In this document: positions 50,261 through 59,762 of the stretch, piece after piece
How the letters are laid out: every line of letters starts with the position of its first letter
Position numbering within the stretch: the first letter of the stretch is position 1
Assembly (NCBI GenBank): GCA_044225365.1
Contig: JBGAIQ010000021.1
Span: 1-64,000, forward strand
Length of the DNA: 64,000 nt
Direction: 5' to 3'
From: Planctomycetota bacterium
GTDB taxonomy: Bacteria > Planctomycetota > B15-G4 > JADJEK01
The notes under the pieces: model-generated
What the model saw: only the letters and a program-made list of their open reading frames with translations
The model's database searches: none
What the model was told of the DNA's origin: nothing
Program-made: the position numbers and the translations under genes

Positions 50261-50548
50261 TCAGCCCTGCATGCGCACGAGTTCGATCTCGCCGGGGCGG
50301 CGGATCAACGTGTCGATCCAGCGCGCGCCGTCGCGGCAGTAGCGAAGCTGCGCCTGATCGAGCTGGTGGGACTCGAACGCCCTTGCGAGCGCTGCGATGC
50401 TCTCCTGCGGCGCGCCGCCGCGGGTGCGGATCGAGACATCGCTCGCGGTCGCGGCGAGCTCAGCGAGGTACGCCGTGAGCTGTTCGCCGGACAAGGGCGC
50501 GGTGAAGACGTCGGGCAGCGTGTCGATCTGCGAGTTCGAGGGATTCAT
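50261..50548 (-). CDS. Small hypothetical protein, last gene of nap operon
   Basis: MNPSNSQ...QAQLRYCRDGARWIDTLIRRPGEIELVRM; 4-nt overlap with upstream gene. Confidence 0.7.
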   Translation of the reverse strand: MNPSNSQIDTLPDVFTAPLSGEQLTAYLAELAATASDVSIRTRGGAPQESIAALARAFESHQLDQAQLRYCRDGARWIDTLIRRPGEIELVRMQG

Positions 50549-50892
50549 GTCCGGACTCCTCGTTCGCGAGGACGGGTGAAATGGGCTTGGGAGCGGATCA
50601 CCGCGATCGCGCCGCCCTGCGGTGCGGGACACGCGTCGGCGCAGAGGCCGCAGCCGGTGCATCGCGCGGGGTCGATCCGCGGCTTGCCGAGGGTGACGAC
50701 GACCGCGCCTTGTTCGGGACAGCGCTCGACGCACACCGAGCAGAAGCTTTTCTGATGCGCGAGGCAGTTGGACTCGAGGATGATCGCGGGGCGGGCGATC
50801 GATGACTTCGGGCTCGCTTCGACTTTGCGCCGAAACACCCCGGTCAAGAACTCGCGTCGGAGAACGCCGGCCTTCGTGGGTGAGGGGTTCAT
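50545..50892 (-). CDS. 2x[4Fe-4S] ferredoxin, NapF/NapG-like (short)
   Basis: RREFL; CLAHQKSFCSVCVERCP; CTGCGLCADACP. Confidence 0.8.
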   Translation of the reverse strand: MNPSPTKAGVLRREFLTGVFRRKVEASPKSSIARPAIILESNCLAHQKSFCSVCVERCPEQGAVVVTLGKPRIDPARCTGCGLCADACPAPQGGAIAVIRSQAHFTRPRERGVRT

Positions 50893-51725
50893 GGCTTGCC
50901 GGTCGCCGCGGTCTTTTCGGTCTCCCGCACGATCGGTCCTTCCAGGAAGAGTGGCGCATCGAGCGGCGGCTCGAATTCGAGCGTGGCTGCCGGGGGATGG
51001 CACTGCAGGCAGTTCTGCCGCTCGGGATGCGAGGTCTTGAGACCGACGTCGCCGTTCGGCCCATGACACGCGAGGCAGTCGTGGCGCAGGAGCGTCGAAT
51101 GCGGCGTCCATGGCGGAAGACCCGTACCGGCTCGATGCGCGAATTCGATCGGCGCGAAGCCCTCGAACGAATTGTCGGCGAGGACGAGGTCCGAAAAGCG
51201 CGAGTTCCTCTGCTCGACGTGGCACTGCAGACACTGTGAGTAGACGGGATGTGGGATCTTGCGGGCGACGACGTCGCCGACGACCGACCCATTCTCGTGG
51301 CACGTGAGGCACGACGCGGCGCTCTGCGAATCGACTGCGTGAGGAATGACGGGAGGCGCGCCGTCATAGGCTCGACGCGATTCGCGGCGCAGTAGCGCGA
51401 GGTGGCGCAAGGCAGGATCGGGCTTCTTCGGCGGTTCGCTCGCGGGCGGTTGCTTCAGCGTCGCGACCGAGCTGACGAAGTTGCGATTCGGACCGAGTCC
51501 GGAGAGTCCGATCTCCGCGTAGCTCGGCGCGGCGAGCACATCGGAAGCGAAATCGAGCGGCCGTTCGCCATGCACCGGTCGCAACGCATCGCGCCGCGGC
51601 TCGCTGCGAATGCCGATTGCAAAACCGACCGCCGCGATCCCGAGCACGGCGCACGAGACGACGAGCATCGTCTTCTTGCCGAGAGATCGTTCGAGGGGAG
51701 TGACGGATTCGCCCATTTCGCCCAT
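50889..51725 (-). CDS. napB: NapB-type cytochrome c with duplicated domain (four CxxCH)
   Basis: RAYDGAPPVIPH..CLTCH..CLQCH; GLPPWTPH..CLACH..CLQCH; N-terminal TM; start 51725 or 51737. Confidence 0.85.
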   Translation of the reverse strand: MGEMGESVTPLERSLGKKTMLVVSCAVLGIAAVGFAIGIRSEPRRDALRPVHGERPLDFASDVLAAPSYAEIGLSGLGPNRNFVSSVATLKQPPASEPPKKPDPALRHLALLRRESRRAYDGAPPVIPHAVDSQSAASCLTCHENGSVVGDVVARKIPHPVYSQCLQCHVEQRNSRFSDLVLADNSFEGFAPIEFAHRAGTGLPPWTPHSTLLRHDCLACHGPNGDVGLKTSHPERQNCLQCHPPAATLEFEPPLDAPLFLEGPIVRETEKTAATGKP

Positions 51726-51733
51726 GACCTGCC

Positions 51734-54190
51734 TCACTGGCTCGCGACGCGCGCCATGCGCGAGACGCGCACGGCGCACTTCTTGTAGTCGGGCTGCTTG
51801 CTGAAGAAGTCGTTCGCCTCGAGCGTGCACTCGTTGATGAGCGACGTCTCGTCGAAGAACGGAACGAACACGGATCCCTTCGGCGGGCGTCCGCGACCGT
51901 CGATCCACGCTGGAAGATCGATGTGCCCGCGGCGCGACTCGACGCGCACGATCTCACCGTTCTGGATGGCGAGCGCCGTCGCGTCCTCGGGATTCAGCTC
52001 GACGTAGGCGCGCGGCATCGCGCGGCGCAGCTCGGGCACCCGTCGCGTCATCGTCCCGGTGTGCCAGTGTTCGAGGACGCGCCCGGTGCAGAGCCACATC
52101 GGGAAATCGGCATCCGGCACCTCGGGCGGCTTCACGTAGGGACGGAACCAGATCTGCGCGCGGTCGTCGTGCGACGTCGAGTGATAGAACTGGATGCCGG
52201 TTCCCGGCTTCACGTTCGGATCGTCGAACTCGGAGAAGCGGTAGCGGGTCTCACGCCAACTGCCGTCCTTCTGCTGCATGACCGGCCAGCGCAGTCCGCG
52301 CGCCTTCACGTACTCGTCGTAGGGCGCGAGGTTCTTGTGCTTCATCGTCGTGAAGCGGCGGTACTCCTCGAAGAGCGCCTTGTCGACGTTGGCTTCGTAA
52401 TAGTGCTCCCATTGCCAGATCGGGATCGCAGCGCCCTTCGCGTCGGCGAGACCGAAATCGAAGAGGAACTTGCCGTCCTTGTCCTTCATCCCGGGATGTC
52501 CGAGATCGAACAGCTTCCTCGCGACGGCGATCGTCTGCCAGCAGTCGTCGCGCGCTTCGCCTGGCGGGTTCACCATGCGGAACCACTGCTGCGTGCGGCG
52601 CTCGCTGTTGCCGTACATGCCGTTCTTCTCGACCCACAGCGCGGACGGCAGGATCAGATCGGCGAGCTGGGTGGTGGCGGTCGGGTAGACATCGCTGACG
52701 ATCAGGAACTTGTCGTCCTGGCCCTTCTTCTTGTCGAAGAGCTTGCCGAGATTCGGGAGCGACTGACCTGGGTTCGTCACCTGGACCCAGAGGACATCGA
52801 TCTCGCCGCCCTTGTCCCCGGGGCCCTTGGGAGTGCAGAAGCTCTCGAAGAGCTTTACGGTGTGAAGACCCGGCTTGGCGTTGATGCGGCCCGCCGGCAG
52901 GTTCCACAGCTCCTCGCACTGCTTGCGATGATCGTCCTTCGCGACGAGCCGACCGCCGGGCAGCGCGTGCGAGAGCGTTCCGACCTCGCGCACCGTTCCG
53001 CAGGCGGACGGCTGGCCGGTGAGGCTCGTCGGCGCGTCGCCCGGTTTGCCGAAGTGTCCGGAGAGCAAGTGGACCGCGTGCACCAGCGAGTTGATCGCGG
53101 TGCCCTGCGTGTGCTGGTTCATGCCCATGCACCACAGGCTCGTGATCTTCAGGTCGCGACGGCCGAAGAGATCCGCGAGCATCCGGATGTCGTCCGCCTT
53201 CAGGCCGGCGAGTTCCGCGGCGTGCTCCGGTGTGTAGGGCGCGAGCGCAGCCTTGAATTCCTCGAACGTGGTCGCGACGCCGTCGAGCACCGGCGGATCG
53301 GAGTCCTTGCGGAAGGCGCAGTGCTTATCGACGAAGTCCTTGTCGTAGGAGCCCTTCTCGAGGAGCAGATGGAGGATGCCATTCGCGATCGCGAGATCGC
53401 CCTGCGGCGCCATCTCGAGGAAATGGTCGGCTTGATCGGTTGTGCGCGTCCGTCGCGTGCCGATGTCGATCAGCATCACCTTCTGGCCGCGCGACCGGCG
53501 GTCGATGAGCCGGGAGAAGAGAACGGGATGCATCTCGGCCGGGTTATTGCCCCAGAGAATGCACACGTCGCACTCGTCGAGGTCCTGATAACAGCCGGCG
53601 GGCTCGTCGACGCCGTAGACCGAGAGGAAGCCCGTCACCGCCGACGCCATGCACAGCCGCGCGTTCGGATCGATGTGGTTGTTCGAGAGGCCGGCCTTCA
53701 TCAGCTTTTGCGCGGCGTAGCCCTCGGGGATCGTCCACTGGCCCGACCCGTAGAACCCGAAGCGCTCTGGCGCCGCCATGATCTTCTTGCCGATGAGGTC
53801 GATCGCCTCGTCCCACGAGATCGGTTCGTACGCATCGCCGCGCCGCAGCAACGGTCGCGTCAACCGATCCTTGCCGTAGAGGATGCCGCCGACGTGGTAG
53901 CCCTTCACGCAGAGCAGGCCCTTGTTGACGTCGGCGAGCGGATCGCCCTGGATCGCGACGACCTTGCCCTCGCTCGCGTCGACGCCGACACGAACGTGGC
54001 AGCCCGTTCCGCAGAATCGGCACGGCGCCTTGTCCCACTTTAGGTTCTCGAGACCCGGGGACGAATCGGGACGATCGCTCGCACGAGCTTCGGGCGCCCC
54101 GAACGACCTCTTTGCGACCGCCGTCGCCGCGGCAAGCGCCGCCGTCTTCAGGAAGTCGCGGCGGTCACGAGTCTTGGTGGCATGCAACAT
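51734..54190 (-). CDS. napA: Periplasmic nitrate reductase catalytic subunit
   Basis: Tat RRDFLK; WDKAPCRFCGTGC; NARLCMASAV; MGMNQH; LTGQPSACGTVREVG; TGRVLEHWHTGTMTRRVPEL; SKQPDYKKCAV. Confidence 0.95.
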   Translation of the reverse strand: MLHATKTRDRRDFLKTAALAAATAVAKRSFGAPEARASDRPDSSPGLENLKWDKAPCRFCGTGCHVRVGVDASEGKVVAIQGDPLADVNKGLLCVKGYHVGGILYGKDRLTRPLLRRGDAYEPISWDEAIDLIGKKIMAAPERFGFYGSGQWTIPEGYAAQKLMKAGLSNNHIDPNARLCMASAVTGFLSVYGVDEPAGCYQDLDECDVCILWGNNPAEMHPVLFSRLIDRRSRGQKVMLIDIGTRRTRTTDQADHFLEMAPQGDLAIANGILHLLLEKGSYDKDFVDKHCAFRKDSDPPVLDGVATTFEEFKAALAPYTPEHAAELAGLKADDIRMLADLFGRRDLKITSLWCMGMNQHTQGTAINSLVHAVHLLSGHFGKPGDAPTSLTGQPSACGTVREVGTLSHALPGGRLVAKDDHRKQCEELWNLPAGRINAKPGLHTVKLFESFCTPKGPGDKGGEIDVLWVQVTNPGQSLPNLGKLFDKKKGQDDKFLIVSDVYPTATTQLADLILPSALWVEKNGMYGNSERRTQQWFRMVNPPGEARDDCWQTIAVARKLFDLGHPGMKDKDGKFLFDFGLADAKGAAIPIWQWEHYYEANVDKALFEEYRRFTTMKHKNLAPYDEYVKARGLRWPVMQQKDGSWRETRYRFSEFDDPNVKPGTGIQFYHSTSHDDRAQIWFRPYVKPPEVPDADFPMWLCTGRVLEHWHTGTMTRRVPELRRAMPRAYVELNPEDATALAIQNGEIVRVESRRGHIDLPAWIDGRGRPPKGSVFVPFFDETSLINECTLEANDFFSKQPDYKKCAVRVSRMARVASQ

Positions 54191-54431
54191 CTTCTCTGTC
54201 CTCCGTCACTTCGACGAACACCACGTCGACCTTCGACAGGCCCCTTGCGGCGAAGAGGGCTTCGAGCAGGGCGCACTCTTCGTCGCGACTCGCGCTCTCG
54301 ATGACGACCGGGAGGTCGTTGCCGAAGCGCTCTCCGAAGGTGAATCGTGGGTCGCGGCGCAGCTCGGCCAGCAGCGGTTCGGCCACGCTGGGGTCGTCCG
54401 CGAGGGTCAGGACGAGACTCGAGATCGGCAC
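54165..54431 (-). CDS. napD: NapD-like chaperone
   Basis: (M)PISSLVLTL...LPVVIES...VDVVFV; overlaps napA start. Confidence 0.75.
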   Translation of the reverse strand: MPISSLVLTLADDPSVAEPLLAELRRDPRFTFGERFGNDLPVVIESASRDEECALLEALFAARGLSKVDVVFVEVTEDREDVACHQDS

Positions 54432-54589
54432 GGCAACGCCTCCGGGATTTGCTCTGGCAGTTGAAAGCAAACGGTCGGACGGTCGCCGGACACGAAAAAG
54501 AGGCATCCGAAGAACATGTTTTCCCCGATCACGCGCAATCGTCCCCACACTCGCAGATGCGCACTGGGAAGAATCCAGAGGTTCGAGCG

Positions 54590-55216
54590 ATGAGCACGAC
54601 TCTTCCAGTCCTTTCGATCGGTGCGATTCTCGTCGCGACGATCTTCGCTTGGCCGACGTCTTCGAAACCTGCGACCACGTCGAGTGCCGCCCCTGGGCGC
54701 GCGAGCACAACGCCGCCGAAGTTCGGAGTGACGATCGTGAGCTCGAGCAAGCAACCAACGGTCTTCACCGGGGCCGTCGATCGAAACGGAGCGCCCGTCA
54801 CGATCGCCTGTGCGACCTGCCACGCGACGAAGACGCCGGACGCGACGACGCGGCAATCCTCCGACCTCGATCTCTTCCACCAGGGTCTCGAGTTCGAGCA
54901 CGGCGGTCTCACCTGCCTCGCCTGCCACGACACATCGGACTACGACCGGCTGAAGCTCGCGAGCGGCCGACCCGTTGCTTTCGAAGACCGTCAACAACTG
55001 TGCGAACAGTGCCACGGGCTGAAAGCGCGCGACTACGCGAACGGAGCACACGGCGGCATGAACGGATACTGGGATCTCACTCGGGGCGCGCGCACGAAGA
55101 ACGCCTGCACTCATTGCCACGATCCGCACGCGCCCAAGGTGTCGCCGATGCGCCGCACCTTCTGGACGATCGATCGCTTGCCCGCGAATGTGAAGGAGGA
55201 GCGCCATGGTCGATGA
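54590..55216 (+). CDS. Tetraheme cytochrome c
   Basis: CATCH, CLACH, CEQCH, CTHCH; N-terminal hydrophobic segment. Confidence 0.9.
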   Translation: MSTTLPVLSIGAILVATIFAWPTSSKPATTSSAAPGRASTTPPKFGVTIVSSSKQPTVFTGAVDRNGAPVTIACATCHATKTPDATTRQSSDLDLFHQGLEFEHGGLTCLACHDTSDYDRLKLASGRPVAFEDRQQLCEQCHGLKARDYANGAHGGMNGYWDLTRGARTKNACTHCHDPHAPKVSPMRRTFWTIDRLPANVKEERHGR

Positions 55217-56162
55217 GATCGTGGAGGATCGCGTCGAGTCCGGAGGCCCCGAAGGCTCGAGCGGTTTCAACCGTCGCGACGCCATGAAGCTCGGTGGGTG
55301 CGCGCTCGGTGCGATCGCATTCGCGAAGGCCGCGCAACCGCTCGCCGAGTTCGGCGGGAAGCTCAGCGTCGACCAGGTGCTCCAGAAGCACTACAAGGAG
55401 CTGAACGACGAGGAGAAGAAAGCGGTGATCGCGCGACTCGAGGCGGAGGCGAAGAAAGCGCACGGCGTCGACGTTTCGATCCACGATCCGCAGCCTCTGC
55501 CGGGAGTGAAGTACGGCTACGCCATCAATCTGTCGGTGTGCAACGGCAGCGGCAAGTGCGTCGAGGCCTGCCACCGCGAGAACAACCACGATCGCGCGAG
55601 CCATCAGTCCTACATCCGCGTGTTCGAGATGGAGCAAGGTTCGTTCGATCTCGATCGCGGAAACGCAAACTACGAAGGCGACGCACTCCCGAAGAAGGAC
55701 AAGTACTACCTCCCGGTGCAGTGTCAGCAGTGCGACAACCCGCCCTGCGTGAAGGTCTGCCCGGTCGAAGCGACGTGGAAGGAGCCCGACGGCATCGTCG
55801 TCGTCGACTACGACTGGTGCATCGGTTGCCGCTACTGCGAAGCTGGCTGCCCGTATCACGCGCGCCGCTTCAACTGGAAGGCGCCCGAGGTCCCCGCTGC
55901 CGAGATCAATCCGAATCAGGGTTACTTGAGCAATCGCATCCGCCCGCAGGGCGTGATGGAGAAGTGCACTTTCTGCCTCCATCGAGTGCGCGAAGGGCGG
56001 TTGCCCGCATGTCTCGAAGCGTGCCCGACCGGAGCGCGCGTGTTCGGCAATCTGCTCGACGAGAAGAGCGAGATCCGTTGGATCCTCGCGAACAAACGCA
56101 TCTACGTGCTGAAGGAAGAACTCGGTACGCAGCCGTCGTTCTTCTACTACTTCGAGCATTGA
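55206..56162 (+). CDS. Tat-exported 4x[4Fe-4S] protein (NrfC/DsrO-like)
   Basis: NRRDAMK; CNGSGKCVEAC, CQQCDNPPCVKVCP, CIGCRYCEAGCPY, EKCTFC...PACLEACP. Confidence 0.92.
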   Translation: MVDEIVEDRVESGGPEGSSGFNRRDAMKLGGCALGAIAFAKAAQPLAEFGGKLSVDQVLQKHYKELNDEEKKAVIARLEAEAKKAHGVDVSIHDPQPLPGVKYGYAINLSVCNGSGKCVEACHRENNHDRASHQSYIRVFEMEQGSFDLDRGNANYEGDALPKKDKYYLPVQCQQCDNPPCVKVCPVEATWKEPDGIVVVDYDWCIGCRYCEAGCPYHARRFNWKAPEVPAAEINPNQGYLSNRIRPQGVMEKCTFCLHRVREGRLPACLEACPTGARVFGNLLDEKSEIRWILANKRIYVLKEELGTQPSFFYYFEH

Positions 56163-56175
56163 AAGGGCTTCGCAG

Positions 56176-57438
56176 ATGGAATCGCACGCGACCCTCGATT
56201 CGAAGAGCCACTTGCGCAGCTATCCGCGCTTCCTACTCCATCTCGCGCGCATCGCGACGGACGGAAAGCTCGCGTTCTACGCCTGGATGACATTGCTCAC
56301 CGCCGTGCTCCTCGTCGGTGTTCACGCCTGGGCGAATCAAGTGAACGACGGCATGCAGATCACGGGCATGTCCGACCACGTGAGCTGGGGGCTCTACATC
56401 GCGAACTTCACGTTCATGGTGGGCGTCGCCGCCGGCGCGGTGATGATGGTGATCCCCGCGTATCTCTATCACGACGAGGACATGCACGATGTCGTGCTCC
56501 TCGGCGAGTTGCTCGCCGTCGCCGCGATCGCGATGTGCCTCGGCTTCGTGACGGTCGATCTCGGCCGGCCGGATCGAGTCTGGCACCTGATCCCGGGAAT
56601 CGGACGCTTCAACTTCCCGATGTCGATGCTGACCTGGGACGTGCTCGTGCTCTCGGGTTACCTACTGATCAATCTGCACATCTGCGGCTACCTCCTCTAC
56701 CAACGATTTCGCGGGCAGAAGCCGAACCCGCGCTTCTACGTTCCCGTCGTCATGCTTTCGATCGTGTGGGCGGTTTCGATCCACACGGTGACGGCGTTCC
56801 TGTACTGCGGACTCGGCGGTCGACCTTTCTGGAATTCGGCGCTGCTCGCCCCGCGGTTCCTCACGTCGGCGTTCGTTTCGGGACCGGCGTTCATCATCCT
56901 GACGATGTTGCTGCTGCGGCGACTCCTCGGCGTGCCATTGAAGGACGGGCCGGTTTCGACCCTCGTGAAGATCGTTCGAGTCACGACCCTCGTGAATTTG
57001 TTGATGGTGGCGTCGGAAATGTTCACGGCGTTCTACACCGGCGGAACCCACGCCGCGGCGGCGCGCTACCTCTTCTTCGGCGACGAGGGAAAGACGGGTC
57101 TCGTGCCCTGGATCTGGACCGCGATCGGGTTCAACGTGATCGCAGCGGTGCTCTTCCTGATGCCCAATACGCTGCGTCCGAACGGCGAGAACGGCCATTC
57201 GTCGCCGCGAGGTCGCCTTGCGCTCGCCTGCATCCTTGCCTTCGTCGGTTGCTGGATCGAGAAGGGGATGGGCCTCATCATTCCGGGCTTCGTTCCCTCC
57301 ACCTTGCATGAGATCGTCGAGTACTCGCCGACTCTGGTCGAGTGGAAAGTCAGCGCAGGAATTCTCGCGCTGGGATTGATGTGCTATACGGTCGCACTGA
57401 AGGCGGCGATCCCCACGTTCGTATCGAAGCGACGGTGA
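56176..57438 (+). CDS. NrfD/PsrC/DsrP family membrane quinol-oxidising subunit
   Basis: VSWGLYIANFTF, DLGRPDR, SIHTVTAFL, APRFL, multiple TM. Confidence 0.92.
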   Translation: MESHATLDSKSHLRSYPRFLLHLARIATDGKLAFYAWMTLLTAVLLVGVHAWANQVNDGMQITGMSDHVSWGLYIANFTFMVGVAAGAVMMVIPAYLYHDEDMHDVVLLGELLAVAAIAMCLGFVTVDLGRPDRVWHLIPGIGRFNFPMSMLTWDVLVLSGYLLINLHICGYLLYQRFRGQKPNPRFYVPVVMLSIVWAVSIHTVTAFLYCGLGGRPFWNSALLAPRFLTSAFVSGPAFIILTMLLLRRLLGVPLKDGPVSTLVKIVRVTTLVNLLMVASEMFTAFYTGGTHAAAARYLFFGDEGKTGLVPWIWTAIGFNVIAAVLFLMPNTLRPNGENGHSSPRGRLALACILAFVGCWIEKGMGLIIPGFVPSTLHEIVEYSPTLVEWKVSAGILALGLMCYTVALKAAIPTFVSKRR

Positions 57439-57500
57439 GTTGGTCAGGCGGAACCGTCAGCGTGTAGGGACGCTGCCCCCGGGCATACCGCGGAGCACGC

Positions 57501-57986
57501 ATGTACGGCAAGGCAACGGAAACGGCCATCGCAGCGATGAGTCGGCTTTCGGAAGTATGGGATGGTGGCAAGACGAAACTCTCGGCCGACGACATCGCGA
57601 AGACGCGAAGTCTGCAGCGACCGTTCGTTGCGAAGGTCCTCACGACCCTTTCGCAGCACGGACTCGTGACCGGCGCCCGAGGTCCAGGCGGTGGGTTCAC
57701 GCTCGCGCGGGAACCGAAGAAGATCCGGCTGTACGACGTCTTTCGACTCTTCGAGCGTGAAGACGCGGACAACTCCTGCCCATTCGGCGGGGGCACGTGC
57801 GGCGTGGGCGACCCCTGTCCGCTCCATCACAAGCTCGTGCGAGTGAACGACGCGATCCAGGACGTCCTGCACAACTCGACGTTCGAGGAATTCCGGATCG
57901 CGGCGCAAGAGGGCAAGTCCTCGCCGGCGCGCCGCGGCAGCAAGCCCAAGAAGCGCGAGTCGTTCCGGGCGTCCGAGCCGCGCTGA
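57501..57986 (+). CDS. Rrf2 family transcriptional regulator with three Cys
   Basis: ADDIA...FVAKVLTTL...GLVTGARGPGGGFTLAR; CPFGGGTCGVGDPCPLH. Confidence 0.93.
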   Translation: MYGKATETAIAAMSRLSEVWDGGKTKLSADDIAKTRSLQRPFVAKVLTTLSQHGLVTGARGPGGGFTLAREPKKIRLYDVFRLFEREDADNSCPFGGGTCGVGDPCPLHHKLVRVNDAIQDVLHNSTFEEFRIAAQEGKSSPARRGSKPKKRESFRASEPR

Positions 57987-57992
57987 CCCAAG

Positions 57993-59561
57993 TCAGGGTC
58001 CGGCGCGATCGATCTCGAGCTGCACGTCCATGTAGGTGCGATCGTTGATCTCACCGCGGTCGCGCATTTGCAACAGGGCAGCCCGCTCGGCTTCGAGCAC
58101 CGCCTTCTTGACGTCGTTCGAAACGTCGAGGCGAAGTCGAGCGCTCTCCCTCGCGTCCTCGTCCCGGTCACGGAGTGCCGTGAGTTCGTCGGCCATCGAC
58201 GTTCTCAAGTGATGGACCGAGATCGGGCAACTGACTTCGGAGCAGAATTCGTCGAGGCGAGCGATTCCGGCTTCGAGCGCCGTTTCGCGAGCCCTTCGCT
58301 GTTCTGCTTCGCTGCTGGCATCGGCGCGGATTCGGAGCAGCCGGATGAGCGGGCCCAGTGTGAGTCCTTGTCCGATCAAGGTGACGATGATGACTCCGAG
58401 CGTGCACGCGATCACTTCCTCGCGGCCTGGAAACGCCGAGCCGTCGGATGTCGTCTCCGGCAGAGCCAGCGCGGCGGCGAGCGAAACCACGCCTCGCACG
58501 CCGCACCACGACACGAGGAGCACGTTGCGGAACGCCGGATATCCGCCTTCGCGTTCGCGCAGTCCAGGGAAGAGCCAGAGTGGAAGATACGAATTCGGAA
58601 TGCACCACACGATTCGCGTGACGACGACCGTGAGGCTCACGGCGAGGCCGGCATGAACGATCGCCCGCGAATCGATGGCTCCGCGCAGGTGCGAGATCAG
58701 ATAGGGCGTCGCGAGGCCGATGAAGACGAAGCACAATCCGTTGAGGACATGGGTGAACAGCTCCCACGCGGCATAGAGCTCCACGCGCGCCTCCGAGCGC
58801 ACCTGGTGGATCCGCCACGCGACGACGAAACCCGCGACGACGACGGCGAGCACGCCCGAGACATCCCATTGCTCTGCGGCAAGGAACGCGAAGTACGGTG
58901 ACAAGAGCGACAGGACGAAGAGCGTAGGCGTGTCGCACACGAGACGATTGACGGCGGCGAAGAGGAAACCAACGCCGGCACCGATCGCAATCCCGAGCCC
59001 CGCGACGCGTAGGAATTCGAGTCCGACGTGGTCGATCGAGAACGTACCGCTCAAAATCACGGCGACGCCGATCTGTACGCCCACGAGCCCCGTCGCATCG
59101 TTGACGAGACTCTCCCCACCGAGGATCGCGGTCATGCGACGTGGCACACGCAAGCGTTCGATCACGGCGGAGACAGCGACGGTGTCGGTCGGCGACACGA
59201 TGGCGCCGAGGACGAAGCACACGGGCCAGGGCAGCGTGGGGAGCATCGCATGCGCAACCACCCCGACGGCGAGGATCGTGATCGCGACGAGGAGGACTGC
59301 GAGCATCAGGATCGGTCGCAGCCAGCGTTTGAAGTCGACCCACGACGTCTTGAACGCGTCCGCGTAGAGCAGCGGTGGCAGGAAGCCGACGAGCACGACG
59401 GCGGGGTCGATCCGGAAGTCGCGAGCAAAAGGGAGGAAGCTGACGACCATCCCGAGGATCGCGAGGAGCACGGGCGACGGAACGCGAATGCGCGGCGCCA
59501 CGACTTGCACGAACGCGAGAATGAAGAGCGCCGTGATGGCGAGGGGCAGGAAGGAATGCAC
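57993..59561 (-). CDS. Na+/H+ antiporter, CPA1 family
   Basis: FLPPLLY, GAIVSPTDTVAV, GESLVNDATGL, SGVLAVV, GVRGVVSLAAALALP; GTG start inferred. Confidence 0.92.
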   Translation of the reverse strand: MHSFLPLAITALFILAFVQVVAPRIRVPSPVLLAILGMVVSFLPFARDFRIDPAVVLVGFLPPLLYADAFKTSWVDFKRWLRPILMLAVLLVAITILAVGVVAHAMLPTLPWPVCFVLGAIVSPTDTVAVSAVIERLRVPRRMTAILGGESLVNDATGLVGVQIGVAVILSGTFSIDHVGLEFLRVAGLGIAIGAGVGFLFAAVNRLVCDTPTLFVLSLLSPYFAFLAAEQWDVSGVLAVVVAGFVVAWRIHQVRSEARVELYAAWELFTHVLNGLCFVFIGLATPYLISHLRGAIDSRAIVHAGLAVSLTVVVTRIVWCIPNSYLPLWLFPGLREREGGYPAFRNVLLVSWCGVRGVVSLAAALALPETTSDGSAFPGREEVIACTLGVIIVTLIGQGLTLGPLIRLLRIRADASSEAEQRRARETALEAGIARLDEFCSEVSCPISVHHLRTSMADELTALRDRDEDARESARLRLDVSNDVKKAVLEAERAALLQMRDRGEINDRTYMDVQLEIDRAGP

Positions 59562-59762
59562 CGAAAGGACCGCCGATTCGAAATGGGGGGCGTGGACGGA
59601 TTCCGAAGCCGAGAGCGTAGAGTCGAATCCGCGTTCCGGGCAGCCTTGCGACTCGTTTCGACAATGTAGCCTCGCGCGCGAGATGTCGACGGATTTGGCG
59701 AAACGCTGAACCGCGCGTCCGGATCCAGTGATTCGAAATCCCATATATCGGAGCAGAGACCC

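Noticed and set aside
51734-54190. Molybdoenzyme as perchlorate reductase, formate dehydrogenase or assimilatory Nas
   Set aside because: NapA-type motifs, Tat signal and adjacent napD/napB support NapA.
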